Part shown: piece by piece, positions 26,204 through 38,967 of the stretch | Numbering within the stretch: position 1 is the first letter of the stretch | Layout of the letters: each line of letters begins with the position of its first letter | Assembly (NCBI GenBank): GCA_951406725.2 | Contig: OX597827.1 | Coordinates: 64,976,001-65,040,000 of the forward strand | DNA length: 64,000 nucleotides | Direction of reading: 5' to 3' | Origin: Octopus vulgaris | Taxonomy: Eukaryota | Made by a program: the position numbers and the translations under genes | Notes under the pieces: generated by a model | The model's input: the letters and a program-made list of their open reading frames with translations, nothing else | Database searches by the model: none | Told to the model about the DNA's origin: nothing

Positions 26204-26609
26204 AGCGGCGGGTTGGCAGAAACTTTAGCACGCCAGGCGAAATGCTTAGCGGTATTTCATCTGCCGTTATGTTCTGAGTTCAAATTCCGCCGAGGTCGAC
26301 CTTGCCTTTCATCCTTCCGGGGTCGATTAAATAAGTACCAGTTACGCACTAGGGTCGATATAATCAACTTAATCCGTTTGTCTGTCCTTGTTTGTCCACT
26401 CTGTGTTTAGCCCCTTGTGGGTAGTAAAGAAATAGGTATTTCGTCTACCGCTACGTTCCGAGTTCAAATTCTGCCGTGGTCGACTTTACCTTTCATCCTT
26501 TCGGGGTCGATAAATTAAGTACCAGTTACGCACTGGGGTCGAATTAATCCCTTTGTCTGTCCTTGTTTGTCCCCTCTATGTTTGGCTCCTTGTGGGCAAT
26601 AAAGAAATA
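26204..26609 (+). mobile_element. Family T SINE dimer
   Basis: Two units; possible TSD gaaatggtt at 26193-26201 and 26611-26619. Confidence 0.9.
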
Positions 26610-27114
26610 CGAAATGGTTTGCAGTATTCGTGCCAGATCATTTACCTTGTGAGAAGAAATCTCTCCGCGCACAACGCTGCCTTTCATCTCCTCTTCGAAG
26701 TCGATATAATGAAGTATCATTCAAAAACTAGTCTCAGTTTATCCGCCTAAAATCCTTACCTCTAAACTGCTAATGTTTGAGTAAATGAGAAACAATTATG
26801 AGACAACCTTCAGCTAATAGAAACTCATATATGATCGGATAGTATGGGAGATCAGAAATGTAATATTAAGGTTTGTATTTATACAGTTTACAGAAGACAT
26901 AGTTTTGTCTCTGGCATCTGTAAAAATTTTGCAGACTGTCAAAATATTAGTTAGAAACTCAGTGTTGAATTTGCTCCAGAAACTTCATTTAAATATATTC
27001 TGTTTTATCGCTGAGCGCTCATATATCATTGTCTACGAGAAATCCTTTACTATCATCGTAATCAACACCGTTACAAGCTCCACATTTTCCTCCTCATCAT
27101 CACTTATATATATA

Positions 27115-27153
<39 letters not shown>

Positions 27154-28196
27154 TCTATTTCTCTCTCCCGCGCGCGTGTGTATGTACATACATATGTACA
27201 TACACACTGATATATAATCATAAATTTATACACAAAGATTGCTTTTGTCTTTCCCATCACTGAGCTAATTAATTCTTTCTAAATATGAAAGTATATTTAG
27301 AATGAAATAAATCATCGCTTTACTAGTTTTTTTTTCTGTCTTTTTTTGTGAAATCAGATATAATTGCTAGAATTCAATCAAATATAGCTTTCTTGGCAGA
27401 TTTTTGGCGCTATGCCCAATGAAAGATACCTTGGAATATTGAAATTAACGCCAATATACATTGAAGATATATTGGGAAATTGATGACTATTTCAAAGTGT
27501 ACTGTCAAACTATTTTAATAAAATAAGTATCGATAATTTTAGTAACATGATAACATAATAGATATTGTAACAGAATTCACGTATAAGTTCTCCTAATTTG
27601 TTTGAAGAATTCTCTTATATAAATATATCCTTTGTACAAGGAGACCAAGTCAAAAATATAAAAACCAAACCAAATGTCACATATACAAAAGCATAGAATC
27701 TTACATTGGAATATACGTATGCACATATGCATACATACACACACGATACTCTTTTCTTACACCGACACACACACACTAGCACACACTCGTACATTAGCAT
27801 GTATACATGAATATTTACCCCATAAATCAGGGATCAAGAATATTCAAGTGACACGCCACAAACTTGTTGATATTTAAAAGACTCCTAACATAAAACCAGA
27901 CAAGCCACTGGGTGGTTCCTTGTAAAATAGTAATCACGTTGCCATATTCTCACCAAACATGTATTACAATGTATATACAGCACTATATACAGTGGAAGAT
28001 ACCTTTACTTGAACTATCACCAATATTTTAGTAAAACAGTATATATGAATGAGAGAAGGCAAATTCAAGATAACATATAACAATGATTGTCGTACAGACC
28101 TATTAATATCTACGCATATCATTTACATATGTATTAGCCGTAAAGCTCTATACCTTAATCAATTCCTGAGAATTTCAAGTCACAGCCATATAGCAG

Positions 28197-28608
28197 TTAG
28201 ATATAATAACTATAAAAAAAAAGAGACCTCAAATATTTTCGCATTTACTCGATCACATATTCTGTCTATTTCAACCCATTTGAGATATTCGCTGAGTCGG
28301 TTAGGGCACTTTTAAAATATCTTTCGATATACCTTACGATAATATCTAACGCTCGACATTCCATAGTAGTCTCAGAACGTACCAACCTTTAAGGAGCTCA
28401 GCTTGAAATAATATCCATATATTATTTAGATATAGTAACTACAAAGAAAAACAATGACCTAAATATTTTCGCATTTGCTCCAACGCATATTCTGTCTGCT
28501 TTAATTCATTTTAGCTATTTGAGATATTCGCTGAGCCGTTTAGGGCACTTTTCAAATATCTTTCAAGAAATCTTACGTTAAGAACATTTAACGCTCGACT
28601 TTCCAGAG
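28197..28608. repeat. Diverged ~170-bp direct duplication
   Basis: aaatattttcgcattt..catattctgtct..atttgagatattcgctgag..ttagggcactttt..taacgctcgac occurs at ~28197-28367 and ~28426-28608. Confidence 0.85.
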
Positions 28609-28659
28609 TTGTGTTCTTATAAATAATTTGTATTTAAACGTACGCGTCCGAAAACTATC

Positions 28660-28853
28660 TTTTCTACTCTAGGCACAAGGCCCAAAATTTTGAAGGATGG
28701 GGCCAGTCAATTAGATCGACCCCAGTACGCAACAGGTGCTTAATTTATCGAGACTAAAGGATGAAAAGCAAAGTTGACCTCGGCGGAATTTGAACTAAGA
28801 ACGTAACGACAGACGAAATACCTGTAAGCATTTCGTTCGGTGTGCAAACGGTT
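28660..28853 (-). mobile_element. Family T SINE monomer
   Basis: gacctcggcggaatttgaact...gacgaaatacc..taagcatttcg. Confidence 0.85.
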
Positions 28854-28899
28854 CTCATACACACGATGGAGCCTCTACGCAGCATTGCGAAAGACAGGA

Positions 28900-29849
28900 T
28901 ATCGTTCGTACACCAGACGTTGTAAGTCCTGCTAGATGGATGTCAAAAGTAATTTACGCATCCAAGATATACCTGTTTCAAGATCGATTTCAGGTATCTC
29001 CTGGGGAGAAGTAATCGTTGAAGAAGAATATATATTTTTCTTGCTGAAGTGTATGATCGAGTCTGGTTTCTGTCATCTGAAGTAATTGAAGCACTTTATC
29101 ATGATTTCATATTCATGTGTCAACTGATACATTTTCAGAATATTGATTCTGCAATCAGTAAGGCTATTGCGAAAAGATCTTCCATTCACCTCTGCTACTT
29201 AGCTCCTCCCGAAACTGTGACTCTATTCACATTTCGACAAAGACCCTTCAACATGGAAGGATGATCCTAGTTACAAAAGTGGACTTGAAAAACTTGAGAA
29301 GGCAGTTGCTATGAATGATGTTGCAGAAAGAGGCGTCAAACTCATTCAGGGTTACAATAACATTCTCACAAAACATGAAACCGAGAAACAATTTATTTTA
29401 CAGATCGTTACCGAAAATAGTAAAACATACTCAACTGCCACTAAATCCTTTCTTATGCAAAAATATTGTTCAATATCCAGAGTTCAGTGGTCACATTATA
29501 GTTTTGGTTCTATATTTGCAGTAAATAAAAATGCATTTCTCGTATAGAAGTTGTGTGCTTTATTAAAGAAACCTTATATTTATTAAGTTTTTCATCTTAT
29601 TTCAGGAATTTTTCAAATTAGCTATTGGTGAATTTGATTCATAACGAAAACAGTATACCGCTTTTGAAAAGAACTAATCTTTGCGTATACTATGTTCCAA
29701 CTTGTGGGCGTTTGAGGGTCACCTAGTACTTGATGATTGAGTCAAAGTTTTGCATACCGCGTTATTTTGTTTATTGTAGCAGGATTAGTGACTGGGAGCA
29801 GCAAAATTGTAACTTTCGAAAAATTAGCTATTTCTAACGGTCACTCTAA
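28900..29849 (+). mobile_element. Decayed DNA transposon 3' part, hAT superfamily-like (possibly hATm)
   Basis: Broken frames give ARWMSKVIYASKIYLFQDRF, W...AL..D, HLCYL..E.V and NDVAERGVKLIQGYNNILTKHETEKQFILQIV (RW motif and catalytic E). Ends in TIR-like ...ggtcactctaa. Subfamily assignment is from memory. Confidence 0.7.
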
Positions 29850-29892
29850 TGTACATATATGTATATATATTAAAATTTTTTTTTTTTTTAAA

Positions 29893-30112
29893 TTTTTTAT
29901 CTAGTTTCAGCTCACAAGCTGTGGCCATGCTGGGGCACCGCCATTTGGTGTTGCTACATAATTTTACTCCACGAATGCTTTTTAGCAATTGTCATTTGGT
30001 GCATGAGAGAGTTCGATGCATTTGCCCTCATTTGCACCTCCTGCCGTGAAGTTGGTTCATCTGGGACACCTGACAAGAAGAGATCCAGTTTTATTTTAAA
30101 GACATCTGCAGG
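29893..30112 (-). mobile_element. CR1-group LINE 3' end
   Basis: Translation DVFKIKLDLFLSGVPDEPTSRQEVQMRANASNSLMHQ matches the FK..LD.FL..VPDEP...SNSL..Q ORF2 terminus. 3' UTR ggcggtgccccagcatggccacagcttgtgagctgaaactag. Confidence 0.82.
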
Positions 30113-30299
30113 TCTCTTATATGTATATATATATAGTCAGTTGAGGTGTTTACATAATTTAATTTACATTTAACTGTAAATCCTGTATATACGAGGATCT
30201 CAATGTACCGAAACATTTGTAGCGATTAAAAAGCTGTCTAACCGTACTTACTCTTCTTTTTGATTCTTACTTTTTACTTTTTACTTTAAATATATCCAC

Positions 30300-30345
<46 letters not shown>

Positions 30346-30369
30346 TTGCAAAAAAAAAAAAAAAAGAAA

Positions 30370-30690
30370 TATAAATGTGACTTCATTGACCGAGGTTACC
30401 GTGGTCTTTTCCGTAGGCTTTTCTTTCCACGGGTAAACCTCACCTGTCCTCCCCTTTACACTTCATATTGACATTTCTGTGATAACGATCCCTATTGATC
30501 AATTTTTTTCCCTCTCCCCCTTTTTTTAACCCCCCTTTTTTTTGTCCTCTTTCTCTCCTTTTACGATCCCTTTTGATCGAAACTCCCCCTTCCTTTTTTT
30601 TTTTTTTTTTTTTTTAAACCTTCAAAAGAAAAGCTCTACCTTGTAATTTGTTCTATCTGTGTGCAGCCCTGTGTGGCTAATAAAGAAACA
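30370..30690 (+). mobile_element. Probable LINE 3' UTR (pyrimidine-rich, AATAAA end) within (CTAT)n
   Basis: Ends with gccctgtgtggctaataaagaaa, resembling the family T SINE tail gccccttgtgggcaataaagaaa. Flanked by (TATC)n. Confidence 0.55.
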
Positions 30691-30733
<43 letters not shown>

Positions 30734-30961
30734 GTACCCATGTATCTATCCATATTCGTAAGTGCCTGTATGTGTGTGTATGTGTGTGTGTCTAAGTGTG
30801 TCCGTGTTTGTGTGTGTGATAAGAAGTTTGCTCCCTAGCCACACTGTTTGGGGTTGAGTCCCACTGCGTGACCCCTTGGGAGAGTGCTTTAACCTCAAGC
30901 TGACTAAAGCTTTGTGAGAAGATTTCGTAGACGGCAACTGAAAGAAGCCATATATATATAC

Positions 30962-30997
<36 letters not shown>

Positions 30998-31002
<5 letters not shown>

Positions 31003-31203
31003 ATCCAAACAAGAAAGCACAAAAAGCACAACAACGCGAGTACGTGGAACAAATATAGTATTATTGGACGCTCAGGAAAGAATGAAAGAAGGAGGGTTTA
31101 ACGTTTCGAGCGGAGCTCTTCGTCGGAAACATAGGAGAAGGAAAGATCTAGATAAGGGAAGACAGAGGAAAAAAAATCGCCAACGGTAGACACGAGGTCA
31201 CAT
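30998..31203 (-). mobile_element. Family H1 copy with the best-preserved motif (31096-31130)
   Basis: GUUU-CCGACGA-AGAGC-UCC-GCUC-GAAAC-GUU-AAAC, with stem I GUUU/AAAC. Confidence 0.85.
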
Positions 31204-31234
31204 TTATATATATATATTATATTTATGTATATAC

Positions 31235-31765
31235 TAGAGGAAAAGTACAGTAAACCCAAGGCAGGACCACTCATTCATAATAATTTAGAATACAGAGAAT
31301 TTGAAGTCTTACAGCTGTTTCTGGGATATCCTAAGTGATAAGCTAGCATGTCCGTACACTGGGTATTTCGTCATCAGAGACAAGGTGAATATGCATCAAA
31401 GTTCCAGACAGGAAAATTCTCAGTTTATAAGGAATAAAATTGAAGAATAAAGTGTAAAAGTAGAATACAGACAGGAGAATCACGTTCACAGTTCATCTTT
31501 TTCCAGAGGGTATGGAGGTTGGTCCGATCTTCCGTGAAGGTATAGGCCCTTAGGTATAATCTCACGTAAACCCACGCAGTATTTTGGCAGTATTTTGCAT
31601 GATGCATTTATGTTGAATTCATGCATTATGGATTGCTTCAACATGGATTACTTCGACATGTTACGCTATCACTTGAGATATCCCAGAAACAATTGTAAGA
31701 CTTCAAATCCACCTCACCTTAAATTATTATAAATAACATGAGATACCTGGTTTGGTTTTTCCTCA
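31235..31765. mobile_element. Inverted-repeat element carrying a hammerhead
   Basis: ~31298-31352 is mirrored at ~31655-31708 (gatatcccagaaacaattgtaagacttcaaat), with weaker arms further out. Confidence 0.75.
31306..31381 (-). ncRNA. Type I hammerhead ribozyme, complete core, weakened stem II
   Basis: GUCU-CUGAUGA-[CGAAAUACC...GGAUAUCCCA]-GAAAC-AGCU-GUA-AGAC. Confidence 0.8.
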
Positions 31766-32316
31766 AATATATACCTTAAAATAATAATATCATCAAATAT
31801 ATACCTTAAAATATACTATCATCAAATATATACGGATCCCCGGCTCCAGCCTCAGCTGTGAACTTGGAACCTAATGGCTGACCAGTTATATCACTTACTC
31901 AGTGTGCTAATTTGTTAGTGCACCAGTGAACTAAAACACTTATATTCTTTATGTATGCATATATATATATATATATATATATAAGGTGTTATATATTTAC
32001 AGTAGATATTTGGTACTTGTTATATGCCAGATAATTTAAAACCTCAATGCAGCGAAGTAGATGGTCATCATTTTTTTTTTATTAAATCATTAAATCATTC
32101 GATATCCCGAAAATAAGTTACTTTGTTTCGAGTCCGAAGTTTTTTGAATTTTCAAGTATTTTCTTTTCTAACATTCAGAACTATTGAATTCCGATTGTAG
32201 ACGTAGACATTTCTTTTCATAGGAAAACAAATTCAACCTGCTCATTGAATGATTATACAAATGCGCATATTTATAAGTGTATATACATACATATGTATAT
32301 ACAAATATATATATAA

Positions 32317-32354
<38 letters not shown>

Positions 32355-32535
32355 GTATCTATATATGTATGTATCATATATATATATATATATATATGTG
32401 TGTGTATGTAACTATGTACGTGTGTATATAGATATATGTTTATATATATATGTATGTATATATATATATATAAATCTGTATATATCTATATAATACATAC
32501 ATACAAATATAGTCCGCGCTTATGTTTATACTCAT

Positions 32536-32628
<93 letters not shown>

Positions 32629-33171
32629 TGTATCAATGTATATACTTTTCTAGTTATATGTGTATGCTTATATGTATAGACACATACGAATGTGCTGAAA
32701 CGTCTGTGTTTGTCTATGTGCCCGTTCCATTACATATATACATGTTCAATCCTTCAAGTAGCAATTTCAAATCTTTACAGAGAACAGGGAATGTAAGTTA
32801 CATGTTAGAGACTCTCTTACTTCCCGAGAAATTTAATTTACGATGCCTAGAAAGAAATAACATAAAAAAACAATACATGCGAACATTTCCACACATATAT
32901 ATATATATATATACATACGTGCGTTTGTGTGTATGAATGTATATAGCACAAAATCATGAGTAGATAGTACAAAAAAATCAAAAGTGTGATTAAAGAAAAA
33001 GGTAACTCACTACTGCAAATAATATTGTATATTACATGATTTTTGAGAACCAGTCGTAACCAGCTTCTCATCTAATACAGGTATCACCGCTTTGGTTTTC
33101 ATTACACTCATAGCTGTTCACATGAAGTGAATTATGACGATGATGATTATGATGATGATGACCATCATTAC

Positions 33172-33213
<42 letters not shown>

Positions 33214-33366
33214 AATCATTATCATCGTCATTGTTCTCCACGTCGTCAGAATCAATGTTCTAACTTTTATTTATCGCTTCTATTATAGTTGCCTTCTTCA
33301 GCAAACCCACATCAAAAACAGAGAAGAAATTGATGATGATGATAGTGATGATTATGATGGTGATGA

Positions 33367-33398
<32 letters not shown>

Positions 33399-33649
33399 AT
33401 GATAAACTTAATAATACAGGTGATGAAGATGATGAACGTAATATTGTTAATGCTGATGGCAATTATGTCTGTTCACTTCGCGAACATTTTTGCTACCGTT
33501 GTGTGTGAGCGCGTGCGCGTGTACGTATTTCATTATTCGTATACAAACATGTATGTGTATTTATATAACTTCATTATAGCAGGTTTGCATCTCATGATGG
33601 GAACTAGACAAAAAAATACATGTATACATACATACATGCATGCATAAAT

Positions 33650-33696
<47 letters not shown>

Positions 33697-33830
33697 CGTA
33701 TATCTATGTATGTATATATAAATATTTACGTGCACATATACGTTTATATGTATATATATATACTTTTATACACATGTATCCTTTATTATTTTTATATACG
33801 TATAGTTACTACACATAAGCACCCACACAC

Positions 33831-33897
<67 letters not shown>

Positions 33898-33939
33898 GTA
33901 CCTATATATAAACTGATTGCTTGTTGTAAGATCAATAAC

Positions 33940-33991
<52 letters not shown>

Positions 33992-34534
33992 GGCATATAT
34001 AAACAATATATGAACATCAGCCAGGAGGCAGTAATATGAATTGTTATCAAAACCAGATAACTGGAAAGAAAAAAAAAAGATAATAATAGTAATCTCCTTT
34101 GGCAAAGTAATAAAACTCTGAAGGGGGCCGATTGGTAGTTGATTGGGTATTTTGTTTGTCATATAAGCTGAAAGAAATACCTTCACAGATTTTCAGTTGC
34201 GTACCGTCTTTTATTGAAAATTTACATGAAAAGCTAAAAGGAAAATAGATGATGGCTGTTACTCAGACATCAATAAAGTAAGTGTCGACAAACTTTTCGC
34301 AAATGCAAATTGAAAGAAGGATACTTAACTAAGAGTCTGTAAGCTAAGATTGATTTAATAGAGCTTAGCAGATATCGCCGTGTGGTTATGAAATTTGTTT
34401 CGTAGTTTCAGGTACAGTCGATATGTACAGGTGCGTCGGATCTTCGGCATCTGTATTCTAATATTGCTTTTGGTCGACCAGTGTCTCGTAAATCAAGATC
34501 GAAGACAGGAATTGTAAGAAACTAGCAGTATATA

Positions 34535-35075
34535 TTTGGTCTGATCAATAATTATCCGGACTGTTGCTATAGTAATGAAACTGAACCACGGAGAGTAAAT
34601 CCGCTTGGCACATATTGACCTTGTACTCTGCTGTGCCTGCACACTAAATTTGTACATTGTAGCTCAGGTCCGCTGTTTACAGCAGTGCTTGGAAGGAAGT
34701 CGTGTAGCGTGTGATAGTCGCATTGACCATTACAGAGAAAGTTGAGCAGAGAAAGTTGAGCAGAGAAAGTTGAGCAGAGAAAGTTGAGCAGAGAAAGTTG
34801 AGCAGAGAATCTGTATCAAATGTTGCCAAAGGTTAGTGATACCTACTCAGAGGCAAAGTTTTCAAAAAGTTTTAATCGTTCTCGATACAATGTGCTACTG
34901 AAGCCCGAGTGTCTTTATGGTCAGCTGAACGCAGTTTTGACACAAACCTGGCAGACACACATCTCATACCTGAATCCTCAGTGATAATGGACTGAACTGA
35001 AACGTAACTCATCCTCTGATACCTTATGCATGGTGATTCGACCATTTCCTCTGCATGCACTTCTGCGATATTTTT
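34535..35075. mobile_element. Rearranged mariner remnant: 5' end on plus strand, internal segment inverted
   Basis: Plus strand: TEKVEQRICIKCCQRL after a 5x 14-bp expansion. Minus strand 34872-35060: SYVSVQSIITEDSGMRCVSARFVSKLRSADHKDTR (VSARFVPKLL motif). Confidence 0.8.
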
Positions 35076-35197
35076 TTTTCAGTTCTACTAGTTGCGCGTC
35101 TCTCAAGAGACATTGACCAATGACTGAATCAAGTAAATATAATAACCAAATAGAATAGACAAATATACATAAAATATTAATTATAGACAAATGTGCA

Positions 35198-35390
35198 TAA
35201 AGGGGCTGAACAGTTCCTGACTTTGGTTAAATAAAGACAAAGTAGGATCAGTTACTTATGAATTTATTCAACATATTCTCCCTTCAGATTAACACTCTTA
35301 TTGCAGTGGTCCTTCAGTTATTGTAAGCCCTGTAAAAGAACTTGGACGTTTGGGTCTCCGACCAGGTCTTTCGCGATACCTGTAAAGCTA
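35198..35390 (-). mobile_element. Mariner 3' end remnant with TIR-like end
   Basis: aaggggctgaacagttcctg end and ttattcaacatattctccc, the reverse complement of the GEYVE* terminus. Confidence 0.65.
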
Positions 35391-37084
35391 GGAATTTGAC
35401 CGTAGATCCTCTTATTTGACCGTAGATAGAATCAAACTAAGAACGTCGTATGCGATGAAAGTAAACATCTTGGTGTATTTTAAGTTTCTTTCTATTCATG
35501 TGGTAAACTTATTTCTGTTTGTTAGAAATGTTCACCTCATGTTCATAAAATGGTGGATTCGTCTACAGAATCGAACTACGCATTGATCCTTCGAGCAATG
35601 CTCCAGTCTACTCAGGTCTAATGTAAACCAGCAAAAGAGACCGATAGCGGAAGCACCTAATGCAAAACTAAATACAGGGGTCGATTTGTTCGACTAAACC
35701 CTTGAAGTTGATGTCCAGCATGGCGACAATACACAATGACGAAGATTGAAAAATAAAAAGATGAATAAGCGAAGAAAGATCTCTGAGATACTGACCTTCC
35801 ATCTTTTTAATAGGTATCACAAAAATAAGTAGACAAAAATTCTCAGAATATTATTTTGTTGAACAGAGAGATTATTTGCTTAAAAGCTTGTTCTACATTC
35901 ATATCTATTTCTTTGCTGCTCTTTATGCTACCATATATTTTTTTGTTGATGGAGGCAGTTGATATTCCAAGTAAGAACTTTTGATTAGCAGAAACTAATA
36001 TTTGTCTTTAGTTACTTAATTATTTGTTGAGAGAGAAGAAAGAAAAGTCATAGTTACATCGCATGACATTTTAACACTTTAAGTACGACAAACGTCAATT
36101 AGCGATTTTCTGTAATTGTGCCGAGAGCGGTAAGCTGTCATTAAGCCATTCGATTGTCATTCCACTTTAAAAATGCATAAAAATTAGTTTAGAAATATTA
36201 ACTTTTTCACATTTCTGTTCTGCAGTTAGATTGACATGCTCAAACATAAAATAGTTTGCACAAAAGACTGAATAGCCAATACATAAAACATGTGTGCATA
36301 TCCTTAAGATATTCAACGAAGTAAAATTAGAATGATATTAAAAAGGCAAAGTGTGAAAGAATAAATGTTGAACGTAAATGATACATTACATTAAACTAAA
36401 GTAAAAAAATGATACAAAGAATACGATAAGGATAATAGTGGAAGCTTAACTGTGATGAAATTTATCGACATTTACTGAGATGAAGTCTGCGAAAATTATA
36501 TAACGACTAAAATAATTACGAAATTATAAGTTTTTAGCAATCGTTGAAATTGTTTCTTTACATTAACAAATGTAAGGTGAAAACAATTAAAATAAAATAA
36601 AAAAAAAATTGCGTAGTATTCTGAACGTCTGTTAATAACATTTAAAAAGGTGTCTATTTTAACATTTGATAACGAAAAAAGGAATAAGAAATATTTCTCT
36701 AGCACGAAACACAAAAATATATAAAACATTTAATAGGTGGAAAGCATGAAAATTGATATTTGGGGAAATAAATGATATAAAAATAACTCAATAGAATTCT
36801 AATACGTTTCCACGTGTAATTCGTTAGACATGTTGATTCAACTAGAATATTTGAACTGTTAGATATTAACAATGTGTTTCAAGTACAGAATCATTCTAAC
36901 ATACAAAACAAGAGGAATTAGTTTCTAAGTTTTAATTATTTGAAGTCTAAGAGAAAGGAATATCACAGTGACATATAATAATTTCTAGTCTAAATACAAA
37001 AAAAAAAGATTCCAGTTTGTGTGTTCTACAGTGACAAATGCAGTAACAAGTGCTAAACGTAATTGTGTAACGACGTGACTTCCA

Positions 37085-37370
37085 GTTCAGTGGTACCATA
37101 TTCGAGCGATTTCTACTATAGTCCCGGGCGGACCAATGGATTTAAAATGAATTTGGTAGACGGAAACTGTGTGGAAGATCATCGTATACTTACGTTTTAT
37201 GTATGTGCTTAGTGTTTTGCTCCGTTCTGAGTTCAAAATCCGCCGAGGTCTAATTAGCCCTTCATCCTTTTGAGGTCGATACATAAAGTACCAGTGAAAA
37301 GCTGGGGGGGGGGGACGTAATCGACTATGGCCCTACCCACAAATTCCAGGCCTTCTCTCTATAGTAGAAG
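37085..37370 (+). mobile_element. Adjacent decayed family C and family T SINE fragments
   Basis: ctactatagtcccgggcggaccaa..atttggtagacggaaactg followed by gttctgagttcaaaatccgccgaggtc..ttcatcctttt. Confidence 0.75.
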
Positions 37371-37414
37371 TGTTACACACACTCACATATATTTATACGC
37401 ACACACACACACAA

Positions 37415-37476
<62 letters not shown>

Positions 37477-37478
37477 GC

Positions 37479-37513
<35 letters not shown>

Positions 37514-37635
37514 CATGTATATACATATATGCGTCTAGATGAATGTAAATGTGTGCGTACATATGTGTATGTTTATAGCTTATCACTTAGGTTTCAAATG
37601 AAGTAGAAATATTTCAAATATGAATATGAGTTATA

Positions 37636-37672
<37 letters not shown>

Positions 37673-38087
37673 GCGCACGCACACACACACGCACACACAC
37701 ACACACACACACAAACACACAGAAACGCACACGCTCACCCACCCGTACACCCACATATTTATATGCAATCATACGTTTAAACTTAACAATCTTCATCTCA
37801 ATAAATCAATGAATCCTGTACAGCATTATATTGCACCTATCCGGTTTTATTACAAAAGTAACCTATAAACAACGTATAAATCGATAACATTGATTAATTA
37901 ATTAGTTATATGAAGCCCCGAGCGATTTGGACAAATGATGATTTATTATTTCCTACGTCCGCTCAGATGTTAATGTGTGGTGCTTCTAGAATTGACAACG
38001 CTGTTAAAAATGGCGACGTGAATTCGCTAAATTTGCTTCGATTTCATAATGTGCAATTTTTATTTCGCGCACACACACACACATATA

Positions 38088-38620
38088 TATTTCTTTACTA
38101 CCCACAAGGGGTTAAACACAGAGGAGACAAACAAGGACAGACAAACGGATTAAGTCGATTACATCGACCCCAGTGCGTAACTGGTACTTAATTTATCGAC
38201 CCCGGAAGGATGAGAGGCAAAGTCGACCTCGGCGGAATTTGAACTCACAACGTAACGGCAGACGAAATACGACAACGAATTTCGCCCGCCGTGCTAACGT
38301 TTCTGCCAGCTCACCGTTATTTATATGTTATTTGCATTATTTTATTATATCATACCTTTCGTATTTCTTTATTGCCCACAAGAGGCTAAACATAGAGGGG
38401 ACAAACAAAGACAGACAAAGGGATTAAGTCGATTACATAGAACCAGTGCGTAACTGGTACTTATTTTATCGATCCCGAAAGGATGAAAGGCAAAGTAGAC
38501 CTCGGCGAAATTTGAACTCAGAACATAACAGCTGACGAAATACCTATTTCATTACTATCCACAAGGGGCTAAACATAGACAGGACAAACAAGTACAGACA
38601 AACGGATTAAGTCGATTACA
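38088..38620 (-). mobile_element. Family T SINE cluster (about 2.5 units)
   Basis: Same motifs as 13445-15080. Confidence 0.9.
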
Positions 38621-38930
38621 TTTTATGTAATTTGGTAAATATATCTGTTAAAATGAGATGTCAGTGTTATCTTCATTTTTGCGTAATTTAGACGACAGTT
38701 TATTCACCGCAACCTGTATATATAACAGCTGGTCTCACCTTAATAAGATAACGTGCAATAATGGGACCATAGATACGTATGTATGTGTGTGTGTATGTAT
38801 GTATGTGTCTATGTATACATGCATGTATATATACACATATATACATACATATATGTGTGTCTGTGTCTGTGTGCATAGATGCCGTTGTATATACGAATAT
38901 ATACGTTTAAATGTCTATTTGCACATCTCT

Positions 38931-38967
<37 letters not shown>

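Noticed and set aside
30185-30225. atacgagg...ccgaaacatttgta hammerhead-like motif
   Set aside because: CUGA absent and no stem I; at best a heavily decayed relic.
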